Source: Chiloscyllium plagiosum
Taxonomy: Eukaryota
Direction: 5' to 3'
Length of the DNA stretch: 44,188 bases
Assembly (NCBI RefSeq): GCF_004010195.1
Contig: NC_057718.1
Location: 70,353,382-70,397,569, forward strand
Each line of letters starts with the position of its first letter. The first letter of the stretch is position 1. Positions 1 to 12,396 of the stretch are shown here, piece by piece. Both the position numbers and the translations under genes were made by a program. A model generated the notes under the pieces. The model made no database searches and was not told where the DNA came from. It saw only the letters and a list, made by a program, of their open reading frames with translations.

Positions 1-490
1 ACTACTGTGCCACCGTGCCGCGCACACACACACATCATCTATTGCATCCTCTGCACCCGATGTGGCCTCCTCTATATTGGGGAGACAGGTCGCCTATTGC
101 GGAGCGTTTCAGAAAACACCTCTGGGACACCCAGACCAACTAACCCAACCACCCTGTGGCTCAACACTTCAACTCCCCCTCCCACTCCACCAAGGATATG
201 CAGGTCTTTGGACTCCTCCATCACCAGTCAGCACCGCCTTCCTAACCTGCAATCTTCTTCCTGACCTCTCCGCCGACCTCTCCGTCTGACCTATCACCCT
301 CACCTTGACCTCTTTCCACCTATCACATTTCCGACACCCCTCCCCCAAGTCCCTCCTCCCTACCTTTTATCTTAGCCGGCTGGACAAACTTTTCTCATTC
401 CTGAAGAAGGGCTTATGCCCGAAACGTCGATTCTCCTGTTCCCTGGATGCTGCCTGACCTGCTGCGCTTTTCCAGCAACACATTTTCAGC
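1..490 (+). mobile_element. Penelope-like retroelement 3' fragment (GIY-YIG endonuclease remnant, 3' UTR, hammerhead motif)
   Basis: ORF 7..264 contains IIYCILCTRCGLLYIGETGR (GIY-YIG with CxxC); a shifted frame gives PVAQHFNSPSHSTKDMQV; C-rich UTR, then CTGAAGAAGGGCTTATGCCCGAAACGTC at 401-428. Confidence 0.88.
401..428 (+). ncRNA. Minimal hammerhead ribozyme motif (PLE-associated)
   Basis: CUGAAGA-A-GGGC(UUAU)GCCC-GAAA-CG-UC; conserved core, 4-bp stem II, palindromic ACGU stem III; stem I weak in this copy. Confidence 0.75.
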
Positions 491-1606
491 TAGTGGAATA
501 AAGGCAAAACTAGCCATTAGGATACAAAACTGGCTCGAAGGTAGAAGACAAAGGATGATGATGGAGGGTTGCTTTTCAAACTGGAGGCCTGTGAATGGTG
601 GTGCCACAAGGATTGGTGCTGGGTCCAGTACTTTTCATTATTTATACATTGATTTTGATGTGAACATAGGAGGTATAGTTAGTATGTTTGTAGATGACAC
701 CAAAACTGGAGGTGTAGTAGACAGTGAAGAAGGTTACCTCAGAGTACAATGGGATCTTGCTCAGCTGAGCCAATGGGCTGAGGAGTGGCAGATGGAGTTT
801 AATTTAGATAAATGTGAGGTGCTTCAGTTTGGAAAAGCAAGTCAGAGCAGGACTTAAATACTTAATGGTGAGGCCCTGGGGAGTGTTGCTGAACAAAGCG
901 ACCTCGGAGTGCAAGTTCATAGTTCCTTGAAAGTGGAGTCACAAGTAGATTGGATAGTGAAGAAGGCGTTTGGCATGCTTTATTGAGCAAAGCACTGCAT
1001 ATCGGAGTTGGGAGGTCATGTACAGGAAACAATGTACAGGACATTGTTTCGGCCACTTTTGAAATATTGCGTGCAATTCTGGTCTCCTTCCCATCAGAAG
1101 GATGTTCTGAAATTGAAAGTTCTCAGAAAAGATTTATCAGGATGTTGCCAGGGTTGAAGGATTTGAGCTATAGGGAGAGGCTGATGGGTGGTGCTGTATT
1201 CTCTGGAGTGTCGGAGGGAACACTCCAGGGAGGCTGAGGGGTGACCTTATAGATGTTTATAAAATCATGAGGGCATGGATAGGATAAATAGACAAGGTCT
1301 TTTCCCTGGGGTGGGTGAGTCCAGAACTAGGGGGCATATGTTTAGGGTGAGCATGGAAAGATAAAGGTACCTAAGAGACAACTTTTTCACAGAGTGGTGC
1401 AAGTATGGAATGAGCTGCCAGAGGAAATGGTGGAGGCTAGTACAACACAGCGTTTAAAAGGCATCTGGAAGGGTATATGAATAGGAAGGGTTTAGACATA
1501 TGGGCCAAGTGCTGGAGAATGGGACTAGATTAGATTAGGATATCTGGTCAGCATGGATGAGTTGGACCGAAGGGTTTGTTTCTGTCTTGTACATATCTAT
1601 GACTCT
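491..1606 (+). mobile_element. CR1-clade LINE, 5'-truncated and degenerate (RT C-terminal half to 3' tail)
   Basis: [44 protein letters not shown]; frameshifted; ends ...CTATGACTCT. Confidence 0.92.
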
Positions 1607-2382
1607 AAAGCCAACGTTAATTTTCATACAGAAAACTATGCTGAATATGAAGTTTCATGAAAGAGACATTTATGCATTCCCATGATATTGGTTGGTTGGA
1701 AAAGGATGGAGTGAAGCTATAGATTGTTAGTGTGTGAAATTTGTGACCCAGTTGCTTATGTAAAGAATGCAGATTATTGGTGTGAACATGTTCAGATCAT
1801 TTCAGGTCAAAAGGTATCTGTGAAACAAGTTATGAGAATGGTAAATATGGGCTATCACTTTTCAACAATCTTCTAATTTTAATATCTGAAATCTTCATAG
1901 ACGAAAGTGATTTTTTTGAAGAAGACAACACTGATCTAACATGACAGCTGTGATGACTTGGCCATGTTGAGACAGGCTCATGAAATCATCACTGAATAAG
2001 TATCAGTTTGAATCAAAAACAAAACTGTTATAAAAGGCACTAAAACTTTCTGAAAGTTATACATTGGAATACAAGTTGCCTGCAGATCATTCAACTTGAT
2101 GGGCGTGAGGGGAATGACATTAGACACCAGAATCTAAAAAAGAATTGTATTTCAAGTAATAGCTTTTGAGCAGCAAAACAAAAATAGAAAGAAAGAAATA
2201 CAAATTGATGATAATGAGAAGTTGGAAGATTCTCCCTCCCTGTATGTCTCAACGTCAAAATTGTTATCTGGTGAAAAAGTTACGTGAGACAACAGCCATT
2301 TTTGGAGCACTTAAAATCTACAAACTTCCCCACTGATGTAGAATATGAGTCTGCAATTAAACAGCTGACTATAATAATCAAT

Positions 2383-2725
2383 AGGGAGATAATGGCTTAA
2401 TGATCTTATTGCTGGACCTGAGACCCAGATAAATCCAGAGACCCAGGTAAAGTTCTGGGGACCCAGGTATAAATCCCATCCCAGCAGATGGTGGAATTTG
2501 AATTTTAAAAAAAAAGTCTGGAATTAAGAGCCTAATAATGACTGTGAATTAATTGTCAGGAAAAACTCATCTACTTCACTTAGGCCCTTTAGGGAAGGAA
2601 ACTGCCGTCCTTACCTGGTCCAATCTACTTGTGACTCCAGGCCACACAGACCCCTGGGCAATTAGGGATGGGCAATAAATGCTGGTCTAGTCAGCGATGC
2701 TCACATCCCATGAATGCATTCAAAA
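2383..2725 (+). mobile_element. SINE family 2 (degenerate tRNA-like head, LINE-derived 3' tail)
   Basis: Homologous to the reverse complement of 7128-7425; tail GGGATGGGCAATAAATGCTGG...CACATCCCATGAATG is shared with the LINE 3' ends at 19173-19390 and ~27610-27660. Confidence 0.65.
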
Positions 2726-2860
2726 GAATGACAGCCAACTTGATTTCATTGACTCATTGTCTCCATTATAAGCTTTTCTTCTTCACTGGCTTGCTATCAA
2801 CCATTCCTTTGTCTGCCTAACTTTCTTTTTCTCTCTCTGGGCTCTGTTTCAACCTAACTT

Positions 2861-2981
2861 AAAGAAGGGCTTTTGCCCGAAACGTCGATTTCACTGCTCC
2901 TCGGATGCTGCCTGAACTGCTGTGCTCTTCCAGCACCACTGATCCAGAATCTGGTTTCCAGCATCTGCAGTTATTGTTTTT
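2861..2981 (+). mobile_element. Mini PLE insertion (hammerhead stem II onward plus tail)
   Basis: AAGAAGGGCTTTTGCCCGAAACGTCG...; TSD ACCTAACTT at 2852-2860 and 2982-2990. Confidence 0.8.
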
Positions 2982-4002
2982 ACCTAACTTGAATAACTAG
3001 TTACCAACGTCATCTTATCTTTCATCATCTTATCCCTTGATTTTTATCTTTATTTTTCAAGTAATCAGCATCCTCTGGATGTCTGTCCCTAATCAATTGA
3101 AAACCAGTTTCAAGGTGTGTTTCTTTAGCTGCACTGGAGCCTGAACACTATCGTTTGACGTGAATGTGCTCTGGTGGCTACTCAAATTGTTTACATTTTT
3201 TGATCCTTTGCTGGCTCCGTGCAGTACTGGATAGTGTAACCTGCCAGGAGTTTGGGTAGGAAGATTTGGTGAAAGGAATTAATCTTTCCAATAAGCAGAG
3301 AAGGGAGGAGGCCTTTAATATTATGACTGCCACCCAGTATATAAACAACTGATGTCATAGCTTAGGGAATAGCAAGAAAAAGCAATAAAAACCAGAGACT
3401 GAGTCAAACATATTTATTTAATCACTTTGAAACACAAGATTTCCAGTGTCATAAAATAGCAAAAAATGTTTGTCTTCTGATTATTAATGCCAGATAGAAA
3501 TTGTATTTCACATGAGTATTTTGTGACTCAAGCTGGTATGCAAACATAATTTGAAAGGTAACAAAAAAATATTAATGAGAAAAAGCTCTTCAACTCTCAA
3601 TTGTATATTTTCTTTATTAACTCTGCATGGAGTAAACTCAATCATGGCGCCCTTTGTGCTGTTGTTTAGATTTATCAATACATTTTTCAGCAGTCCTCTC
3701 CAATTTTGATATGGAGACACCATTAAAAGAGGATGAAGAAAGAAAAACCAGCAAAAGTTGCAAATGATGCATACTGGACCAACTCATCCTGCATACCTCA
3801 AAATGAATCTCCAGTATAACTAGATATTTCCAAGTATTTCGTTTTTTGTTTTATTCCCCTGGAGCTGGACACCATTTGAAGAATGTGAAGGAGAAAGAGG
3901 GATATCATTTTTTTAAAAAAGAGAGAAGGGGGAACACTATTTGAAAAGGAGGTAATTTTTTTCAAAAAGAGCATGAAGTGAGCAGAAGTACCATTTAAAA
4001 GG

Positions 4003-4066
4003 ATGGTTGGTGTGGACTTGTTGGGCCAAAAGGCCTGGTTACACACTGTAGGGGAATCTAATCTAA
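4003..4066 (+). mobile_element. HE1-type SINE 3' tail fragment
   Basis: GGTGTGGACTTGTTGGGCCAAAAGGCCTG...CACACTGTAGGGGAATCTAATCTAA matches the tail of full copies (e.g. 26107-26410). Confidence 0.8.
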
Positions 4067-5800
4067 ACCTTGCCTATCCAAATGTCTTTTAAATGTTGTA
4101 ATTGTACTCAGCTCTACCATGTCCTCTAGCAGCTCGTTCCATATACATATCACCTTCTGTGTGAAAACGTTGCCCCTCAGGTGCATTTCAAACCTTTCCT
4201 CTCCCATGGTTTGTCTCACCAAAATGCAACACCTTGTATTTATCTAAGTTGAACTCCAACTGCCATTCCTCAGCCCACTGGCCTAGTTGATCAAAATCCC
4301 ATTTTATTCTTCATTGTCCACAATATCATCAATTTTGCTGGCATCTGCAAACTTACTAACCATGCCTCCTATAATCTCATGCAAATCATTTCTATAAATG
4401 ACGAACAACAGTGGACCCAGCACCAATCCTTGCACCAAGGATCCAGCCTGAACAACAATCCTCTACCATCACCGTCTCTGCCTTCTATTGGTGTATAGTC
4501 CCTTCTTAAATAATGGCACAGCATTAGCAATCCTTCAGTCTTCTGGCACCTCATCCGTGGCTGTTGATGATATAAATATCTCTGCTAGAGAGGCCCACAA
4601 TTTTTTCATTAGCCTCCCACAATCTCCTGGGGTACACTTGATCAAGTCCCGGGGACTTATCTACCTTCTTGCATTTTAAGACCTCCCGCACCTCCTCTTC
4701 TGTTCTATGAACTCTTTTCACGACATCACTATTTGTTTCCCAGAGTTCCCAACTTTCTGTGTCTTTCACCATAGTAAATACTGACATGAAGTATTTGTTT
4801 AGGATCTCATCCACCTCCTATGGTTCCATGCAGACATGACCTCATTCATCTTTAAGGAGCCCTGTTCTCTCCCTAGTCACTCTTTTGCCCTTAATATACT
4901 TTTAGAATCTCTTTGGATTCTCCTTAGCCTTATCTGAGCTACATCATGACCCTTTTTTCCCTCTTACGTGTACTGTTACAGCTCCCCCCCCTCCAACCCC
5001 ATACTCCTCAAGGGTATGCCATCAGTCAATACCTGACATATGCCTCCTTTTTCTTGACCACAGCCTCAATATCTCTAGTCATCCAATTGTCCTTACTCCT
5101 GCCAGCCTTGCCCTTCACACTAACTGGAAAATGCTGTTCCTGAACTCTCGTTATCACACTGTTGAATGGCTTCCAGTTTCCAGACAAGCCTTTACCTGTG
5201 GACAGCCTCCCCCAATCAACTTTTAAAAGTTCCTGTTTAATACCATCAAAATTGATCCTGCCTCAGTTTAGAACTTTAATTTGTGGACCTGGCCTTTTTT
5301 TTCAATTACTATTTTAAAAATAATAGAATTATGGTCACTGATCCCAAAGTGCTCCTCCCCTAACATTTCAGTCACTTGCCCTGCCTTATTTCCAAGGCAG
5401 AGGTCTAGTTCTGTCCCTTCTCTAGTATCTACAAATTAATTGAGAACATTTTCTTGAACACACTTAACAAGTTCCTCCCTAGTCCAAGCCCTTAGTACTC
5501 TGGCAGTTCCAGTCTAAGTATGGAAAGTTTAAATCCTCTACTATTACAACCCTATTATTCCTATATCTATCTACATATTTGCTTCTCAATTTCCACAGCA
5601 ATTGGGGGGGTTCTATAGTAAAATCCCATCAAATGCTCACCCCTTCTTCTTTCTCAGTTCCACCCGTACAATTTTGCTGGGTGATTCCCCCAGGAATAGC
5701 CTCCCTAAGTACTGCCATGATGTTTCCCTCCTTCATGTAAACTCCTCCTTCTCTCGTTTCCCCTTCTATCTTTCCTATACCATCTATATACCAGAACATT
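4067..5800 (-). mobile_element. CR1-clade LINE, internally deleted and degenerate (endonuclease to RT fragments)
   Basis: ORF 4551..4814 MDEILNKYFMSVFT...DKSPGLDQVYPRRLWEA; GPLLFVI / SKFADASKI remnants near 4330-4420. Confidence 0.85.
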
Positions 5801-6099
5801 TAACTGGTGTTGAGAATTCCAGACATTCGCTAACTCCAAAAGAAGAAATTCCTTTGCATCTCAGTTACAAAGTAAGTGTATCTTTATTTATGATTATGTC
5901 CCCTAGTTTGATGTTCCCTCATTAGTGGGAACATATTCTCAACATCTACCCTGACAAGACACCTCAAAATCCTATATGTTTCATTAGACCAGCCCTCATT
6001 CTTCTAAACTCCAATGAATAAACCTGTTTAGAATTTCTTGAAGAGGTTGAACAGCAATTTTTCTTTCTCCACTGAAAACTTCACAAAGATACGTGAAAA

Positions 6100-7120
6100 T
6101 TAAGAAGTAGAACCTGATAGCCTATATGAGTCTTAAAAAATTGTGGCAGAAATGGTAGAGATCTTCCAAATGATGTACCAAAACTCATTAGATTCTGTAA
6201 GAGTGGACTAGAAAATAGCAAATGTAACACCTTTTTCAAGACAGGCAGGAAATAGAAAGCATCAAGTAATAGTCCAGTTATGCTACCTTATGCTGGAAGC
6301 AATTTTCAGAATCCATTATTAGGGAGATAGTAACAAGTTACTAAGAAAATTAAAATGGGATCAAGCAGAATCAACATCATTTGTGAAAGTGAAATATGGT
6401 TTAATTTATTAGCAAAGTTTGAGGAAGCAACAAGCAAGGTGGCTCAAAACAACAAAATGTTGGAGATCACAGTGGGTCAGATAGCATCCATGGGGAGAGG
6501 ACAAACTAATGTTCCGAATCTAAATGACTCTTCATCAGAGCTGAAGTCAAGGTGGCTAAAAGGGAGCCAAAGATGTGGTCTATTTAAATTTTCAAAAGAC
6601 ATTTGATAAAGTTCCACATCAAAGTTTATAAAATAAAAGTTCATGATGCAAGGGTAACAAATTAACATGGATAAAGAAATGGTTTGTTTACATGAAGAAG
6701 GGACAATGGATAAATGATTTTTTTTTTAGTTGGGAAGTTGTAACTAGTGCATTGCCACAAGGCTCAATCCTGGGTGCTTCAACTGGTCATCATCAATATC
6801 AATGATTTTAATGAAAAGACCAAATGCATGTTGGCTAAATGTATAATGACACCAAGATAGATAGGAAATAAATGAATAAAAGGAGGTAAAAAGTCCACAA
6901 ATGAATGAGCAGAAGTTTAGTAATTGGAGTATAATGTGGACAAATGTGAACTTGTCTACTCGATTACCCTTTCAGCTATTCTTCATATCAATGCAGTTTT
7001 ACTAATTTAATAGGAAATTGCGGAACACAGTGGTGGAGAGGGATCTAGGTGTCCTGGTACATCAATCTCAAAAGCATGCAGCCAGAGTAAATGATTAGGA
7101 AGGTAAATGGAATGTTGGTA
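6100..7120 (+). mobile_element. Old, highly decayed CR1-clade LINE RT fragment
   Basis: Recognisable remnants of KIANVTPF, NLLAKFEE, FSKTFDKVP, PQGSILG, DTKI motifs with many stops and indels. Confidence 0.7.
6445..6547 (-). mobile_element. 103-bp PLE-type insertion carrying a near-complete hammerhead motif
   Basis: Minus strand CAGCU-CUGAUGA-A-GAGUC(AUUUA)GAUUC-GGAA-CA-UU-AGUUUG; TSD CAAGGTGGCT at 6435-6444 and 6548-6557. Confidence 0.78.
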
Positions 7121-7127
7121 CTTCTTT

Positions 7128-7425
7128 TGTTTTATTTTTTTCATGAGACATGGATATTCCTGGCAAGGCCAGTACTTGTTGCCCACCCCTAATTGCCCTT
7201 GAAATGAGTAGCTTGCTAGGCCATTTCAGACGATAGTTAAGAGTCAACCATATTGTGGGTCAGGAGTCACATGTAGGTCATGATGACAGATTTTTAAAAA
7301 GTATATTGGCAACCAGTTTGGTTTTTACAATCGTCACTGATAGTTTTTCTGGTCACCGCTACTGAGACGAGCTTTATATTCAAAATTTATTAATTAAATT
7401 TAGTTCCAACCAGTGTTATTACATT
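7128..7425 (-). mobile_element. SINE family 2 copy
   Basis: Reverse-complement homology to 2383-2725 (TTGCCCACCCCTAATTGCCCTTGA..., GGAGTCACATGTAGG). Confidence 0.65.
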
Positions 7426-7607
7426 TGCCTGAATGGAACCTCCTGTTCCATTATGCTTGACTCTGTGGCCAGAACATACTCGAAATTAAAATAGGTTTAG
7501 ATGTTGCCATTAATTAAAAGTGTTTTGGGTATTTATTTTGTCTTGTTACAGTCATGCAAGCATTGAACATTCAACTAGTGTTATTAATATATGTTATGAA
7601 TTATTGA

Positions 7608-8205
7608 AAAAAAACAAAATTACTGTGAATTTTGTAAATAAGAAACAGAATGGGCAATTGTTAGGGACTAGGTTTATAATTATAATTCCAGCCTTGGCCA
7701 ACTGCCTGTGTGAGTTTGCACATTCTCCTCCTTTCTGCATGGATTTCCTCTGGGTGCTCCGGTTTCCTCCCACAGTCCAAAAGATGTGCAGGTTAGGTGA
7801 ATTGGCCATGCTAAATTGCCCATGTGTTCAGGGATGGGTACGCTCGCTGCATTAGTCAGGGGAAATGTAGAGGAGGAGTAGTAGGGAAATGGTTCTCGGA
7901 TGGAACCACTTTTGGCGAGTCGGTGTGGACTTGTTGGGCCAACACTGTAGGGTTTCTATGATTCTAGAAACAGAAATTGCTGGAAAAGCTCAGCAGGTCT
8001 GGCAGTATCTGTAGAGAGACATCAAAGTTAACGTTCAGGATCAAGACACTCTTCCTCAGGACTGATGGTAGCTGGAAAGTCTTCTGCATATAAAGCAACA
8101 TTTTCCTAGTTACCATCAACTACGAGGAAACATTAACACTGATTTCTCTCCACAGATGCTGCCAGACCTGTTGAGCTTTTCCAGCAGTTTCTGTTTTTGT
8201 TGTTG
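7608..8205. mobile_element. Palindromic (inverted-arm) PLE terminal structure, interrupted by an HE1 SINE
   Basis: 7967-8030 is the inverted repeat of ~8131-8198; perfect 15-bp TSD GTTATGAATTATTGA at 7593-7607 and 8206-8220; hammerhead remnants in both arms. Confidence 0.82.
7651..7965 (+). mobile_element. HE1-type V-SINE, 5'-truncated
   Basis: V-domain GAGTTTGCACATTCTCC...GGTGCTCCGGTTTCCTCCCACAGTCCAAAAGATGTGCAGG; TSD AGAAACAGAA at 7641-7650 and 7966-7975. Confidence 0.88.
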
Positions 8206-8550
8206 GTTATGAATTATTGATGCTTATTGAAAGCTCAGTGTGAGCAGAAAACTAGCACAATATCTGCCTCTTAGCTAGAGGAATTCCTGGAACCTGGAAA
8301 CAGCCTTAAGCATTAAAGGGGAAAAGAATTCCATGGATCTTTTTTGCAAATTTATGCATAGTTTGAAGTGTAAATTTACTGAAATTAAAATGACATTAAT
8401 TAAATCTATCTTCTTATTATTAACAATCTTCTTATTAACAATGATACACAGTGTTCCATTGTTTTTTTTTCCAAGGATTTATTAGTCACTGTTATAGAAC
8501 ATAGAATATAGAATGTTACAGTGCAGCTCTGCATCTTATCCATGCCCTTT

Positions 8551-8840
8551 GGGGCGGCGTAGTGGTTAGCACTGCTGCCTCACAGCACCAGGTCCCAGGT
8601 TCAATTCCAGCCTCGGGTGACTGTCTGTGTGGAGTTTGTGAGGGTTTTCTCCGGGTCCTCTGGTTTCCTCCCACAGTCCAAAGATGTGCAAGTCAGGTGA
8701 ATTGGCCATGCTAAATTGCCCATAGTGTTAGGTGTGTTAGCCAGAGAGAAATGGGTCTGGGTGGGTTACTCTTCAGAGGGTCGGCGTGGACTGGTTGGGC
8801 CTAAGGGCCTGTTTCCACACTGTAGGGAATCTAATCTAAT
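8551..8840 (+). mobile_element. HE1-type V-SINE
   Basis: tRNA-like head (AGTGGTTAGCAC..., GGTTCAATTCC box B), V-domain, (ATCTA)n tail. Confidence 0.92.
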
Positions 8841-10018
8841 TCACAACATCCTTTGGCACTATCCACAACTCTGCCTAGTGTCATCCACAAATGTACTACC
8901 CCATCCTTCTACACTCACATTCAGATCATTTATAAAAATGGCAAACAGCAGTGGTCCCAAAATAGATCTTTGCAGCACACCACTGGTAACTGAGATCCAA
9001 GATGAACATTTCCATCAACCACCAACCTCTATCGTCTTTCAGCTAGCCAATTTCTGATCCAAACCGTTAAACCACCTTCAATCCTAAAACTCTGTATTTT
9101 GTGTAATAGCCTACCGTGTGAAACTTATCAAACGCCGTACTGAAGTCTAAATACACCACATCAACCACTTTACCTTCATCCACCTGTTTTGTCACCTTCT
9201 TGAAGAACTCAATAAGGTTAGTGAGTGTTAACTACCCCTAATCAAATTGTTCCTTTCCAGATTATTATAAATCCAATCTCATACAACCTTTTCCAACACC
9301 TTAACCACAACTGACGTAAGGCTCACTGGCTATAATAATCAGGGTTGGACTAGAAGCACTTAATGAATACATTTTGCCAATATTCCCTTTGGAAAAGGGC
9401 AATGTCAGTGAGATTGCAGAGATATAGGCTCACTGGCCTATAATTACCAGGGCTGTTCCAACTCCCCTGCTTAAACAAGGGAACAGCATTTGCTATCCTC
9501 CAGTCTTCTGGCACTACTCCTGTCGACAACGATGACATAAAGATCAAAGGCAAAGGCTCTGTAATCTCCTCCCTGGCAGAGGGTCTTATCTATTTTAAGA
9601 TCTTCCAAAATTGTTTTCACCTCCTCTTTGTCAACTGCAATCCTATCTAATCTAGTAGCCTGTATCTTGGTATTCTCACTAACATTGCCTTTTTCCAATG
9701 TGAATACTGGCAAAAAGTATTCATTAAATACTTCTCCTACATCCTCAGATCCCACACACAACTTCCTACTACTGTCTTTAATTGGCACTAATCTTACTCT
9801 AGTCATTTTTTTATTCCTGATATACCTATGGAAGGCCTTAGGATTTTCCTTGTTCCTATCCGCCAACAACTTCACATGTCCCCTCCCTCCTGGCTCTTCT
9901 TAGCCCTCTCTTTAGATCTTTTCTGCCTAACTTATAACTCTCAAGCCCCCTAACTGAGCCTTCATGCCTCATCCTCAGATACGTCTTCTTTCTCTTGACA
10001 AGAGTTTCAACTTCTTTA

Positions 10019-10102
10019 ATGGAAATGTGTTGCTGGAAAAGCGCAGCAGGTCAGGCAGCATCTAGGGAACAGGAGAATCGACGTTTCGGGCACTAGCCCT
10101 TT
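10019..10102 (-). mobile_element. Mini PLE insertion starting within the hammerhead core
   Basis: Minus strand AAGGGCTAGTGCCCGAAACGTCGATTCTCC...; TSD CTTCTTTA at 10011-10018 and 10103-10110. Confidence 0.8.
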
Positions 10103-10931
10103 CTTCTTTAGTAAACCATGGCTCCCTCTCGACAACTACCTCCCTACCTGATAGGTATATAGTTACCAAGGACTTGCAATAGCTGTTCTTTGAATGAGCT
10201 CCACATTTCAAGTGTGTTCACCCCCTGCAGTTTCCTTCCCCATTCTATGCATCCTAAATCTTGTCTAATCACATCATAATTGCCTTTCCCCAGTAATACT
10301 TCTTGCCCTGCGGTATATACCTATCCCTGCCCATCGCTATTGTAAACATAAGTGAATTGTGGTCACTATCGCCAAAGTGCTCACCTACCTCTAAATCTAA
10401 CACCTGGCCGGGTTCCTTCCCCAGTACCAAATCCAATATGTCATCGCCCCTTGTTGGCCTGTCTACATACTGTGTCAGAAAACCCTCCTGCACACATTGA
10501 ACAAAAGATGACCCATCTAAACTACTTGAACTATAGTGTTCCCAGTCAATATTGGGGAAGTTAAAGTCCCCCATAATAACTATCGTATTACTCTTGCTCC
10601 GATCGAGAATCATCTTTGCTATCTTTTCCTCTACATCCCTCGAACAATTCGGAGGTCTATAAAAAACTCCCAACAGGGTGCCCTCTCCTTTCCTGTTTCT
10701 AACCTCAGCCCAAACTACTTCAGTGGATAGGTCCTCAAACTATCTCACCTGCTGTAATACTACCCTTGATTAACAATGCCACCTGCCCCCCCCACCCTGC
10801 TTTTTTACCATTTTCTCTGTTCTTACTGAAACATCTAAACCCTGGAATCTGCAACATTCCTGTCCCTCCTCTAGCTATGTCTCTGAATTGGACACAACAT
10901 CAAAATCCCAGGGTAAAATTGGCCTGGAATA

Positions 10932-12092
10932 TTGGCCTTGATTTTTATGTCCTCTTTGTCTACAGGAGTAGTGCCAGAAGACTGGAGGATAGCAAATGTG
11001 GTTCCCTTGTTCAAAAAGGGGAGTAGGGATAACCCTAGTAACTATAGGCCGGTGAGTCTCACTTCTGTTGTGGGCAAAGTCTTAGAGAGAATTGTAAGGG
11101 ATAGGATTTATGCACATCTGGGTAGGAATAATGTGATCAAGGATAGTCAGCATGGTTTTGTGAAGGGCAAGTCGTGCCTCACAAACCTTATTGAATTCTT
11201 TGAAAAGGTGACGAAGGAGGTTGATGAGGGGAAAGCGGTAGATGTGGTATATATGGATTTTAGTAAGGCGTTTGATAACGTTCCCCATGGTAGGCTACTG
11301 CAGAAAATACAGAGATATGGCATTGAGGGTGAGTTGGAGGTTTGGATTAGGAATTGGCTGGATGGAAGAAGACAGAGGGTAGTAGTTGATGGCAAAGTTT
11401 CTTCATGGAGTGCCGTCACTAGCGGTGTTCCGCAAGGATCTGTTTTGGGACCATTGCTGTTTGTCATTTTTATAAATGACATGGAAGAGGGGTTAGAAGG
11501 TTGGGTGAGCAAGTTTGCGGATGACACAAAAGTCGGAGGAGTTGTTGACAGTGAGGAAGGATCTGGCAGGTTACAGCAGGATATAGAGAAGCTGCAGAGC
11601 TGGGCAGAAAGGTGGCAGATGGAATACAATGTAGCTAAGTGCGAGGTGATTCACTTTGGGAAGAATAACAAAAAGATGGGGTACTGGGCTAATGATCGGA
11701 TACTTGGTAGTGTGGATGAGCAGAGGGATCTTGGTGTCCATGTACACAGATCTCTGAAAGTTGCCACCCAGGTAAATAGTGCGGTGAGGAAGGCATATGG
11801 CGTACTGGCTTTTATTGGTAGAGGAATTCAGTTCCGGAGTCCTGAGGTCATGATGCAGTTGTATAAGACTCTGGTACGGCCGCATCTGGAATATTGTGTG
11901 CAGTTTTGGTCACCATACTATAGGAAGGATGTGGAGGCACTGGAACGGGTGCAGAGGAGGTTTACCAGGATGTTGCCTGGTATGGAAGGAAAATCGTATG
12001 AGGAAAGACTGAGGCACCTGGGGCTGTTTTCACTAGAGAAAAGAAGGTTTACGGGTGACTTGATTGAGGTGTACAAGATGATTAGGGGGTGA
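10932..12092 (+). pseudogene. CR1 ORF2 reverse transcriptase domain (uninterrupted 386 aa; no endonuclease, premature stop)
   Basis: NYRPVSLTS, QHGFVKGKSCLTNL, YMDFSKAFD, GVPQGSVLGPLLF, KFADDTK, RPHLEYCVQFWSP. Confidence 0.93.
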
Positions 12093-12396
12093 GATAGGGT
12101 CGACAGTATGAACCTTTGCCCGCGTATTGAGACGGGTATTACAAGGGGGCATAGCTTTAAAGTAAGGGGTGTAGATATAGGACTGAAGTTAGGGGTAGGT
12201 CCTTCACTCAGCGAGTCGTAAGTTCATCGAATGCCCTGCCAGTAGCAGTGGTGGACCCTCCCTCTTTATGGGCATTTAAGAGGGCATTGGATAGGTATAT
12301 GGAGGATAGTGGGTTAGTGTAGTTCAGGTGGGCTTGGATCGGCGCAACATCGAGGGCCAAAGAGCCTGTACTGCGCTGTATTCTTCTATATTCTAT
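10932..12396 (+). mobile_element. Young 5'-truncated CR1-clade LINE
   Basis: Open RT frame to 12092, decayed C-terminus, 3' hairpin region and (TTCTAT)n tail running into the gap. Confidence 0.95.

Noticed and set aside
1901..1944. Possible terminal exon (D)ESDFFEEDNTDLT-stop after CATAG
   Set aside because: Weak pyrimidine tract, very short, peptide not recognised, no linked exon
3095..3240. Minus-strand open frame LHYPVLHGASKG...LKLVFN after CTGGCAG
   Set aside because: No recognisable homology; length compatible with chance
3508..4046. ORFs 3508..3723 and 3798..4046
   Set aside because: AT-rich, no motifs; the second starts inside a SINE tail
7967..8198. DNA-transposon MITE
   Set aside because: The arms are PLE tails of unequal length with hammerhead remnants and also occur singly elsewhere in the window
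11082..11885. Antisense ORFs overlapping the CR1 RT (and similar ones over other CR1 copies)
   Set aside because: Shadow frames of repeat coding sequence with no independent support
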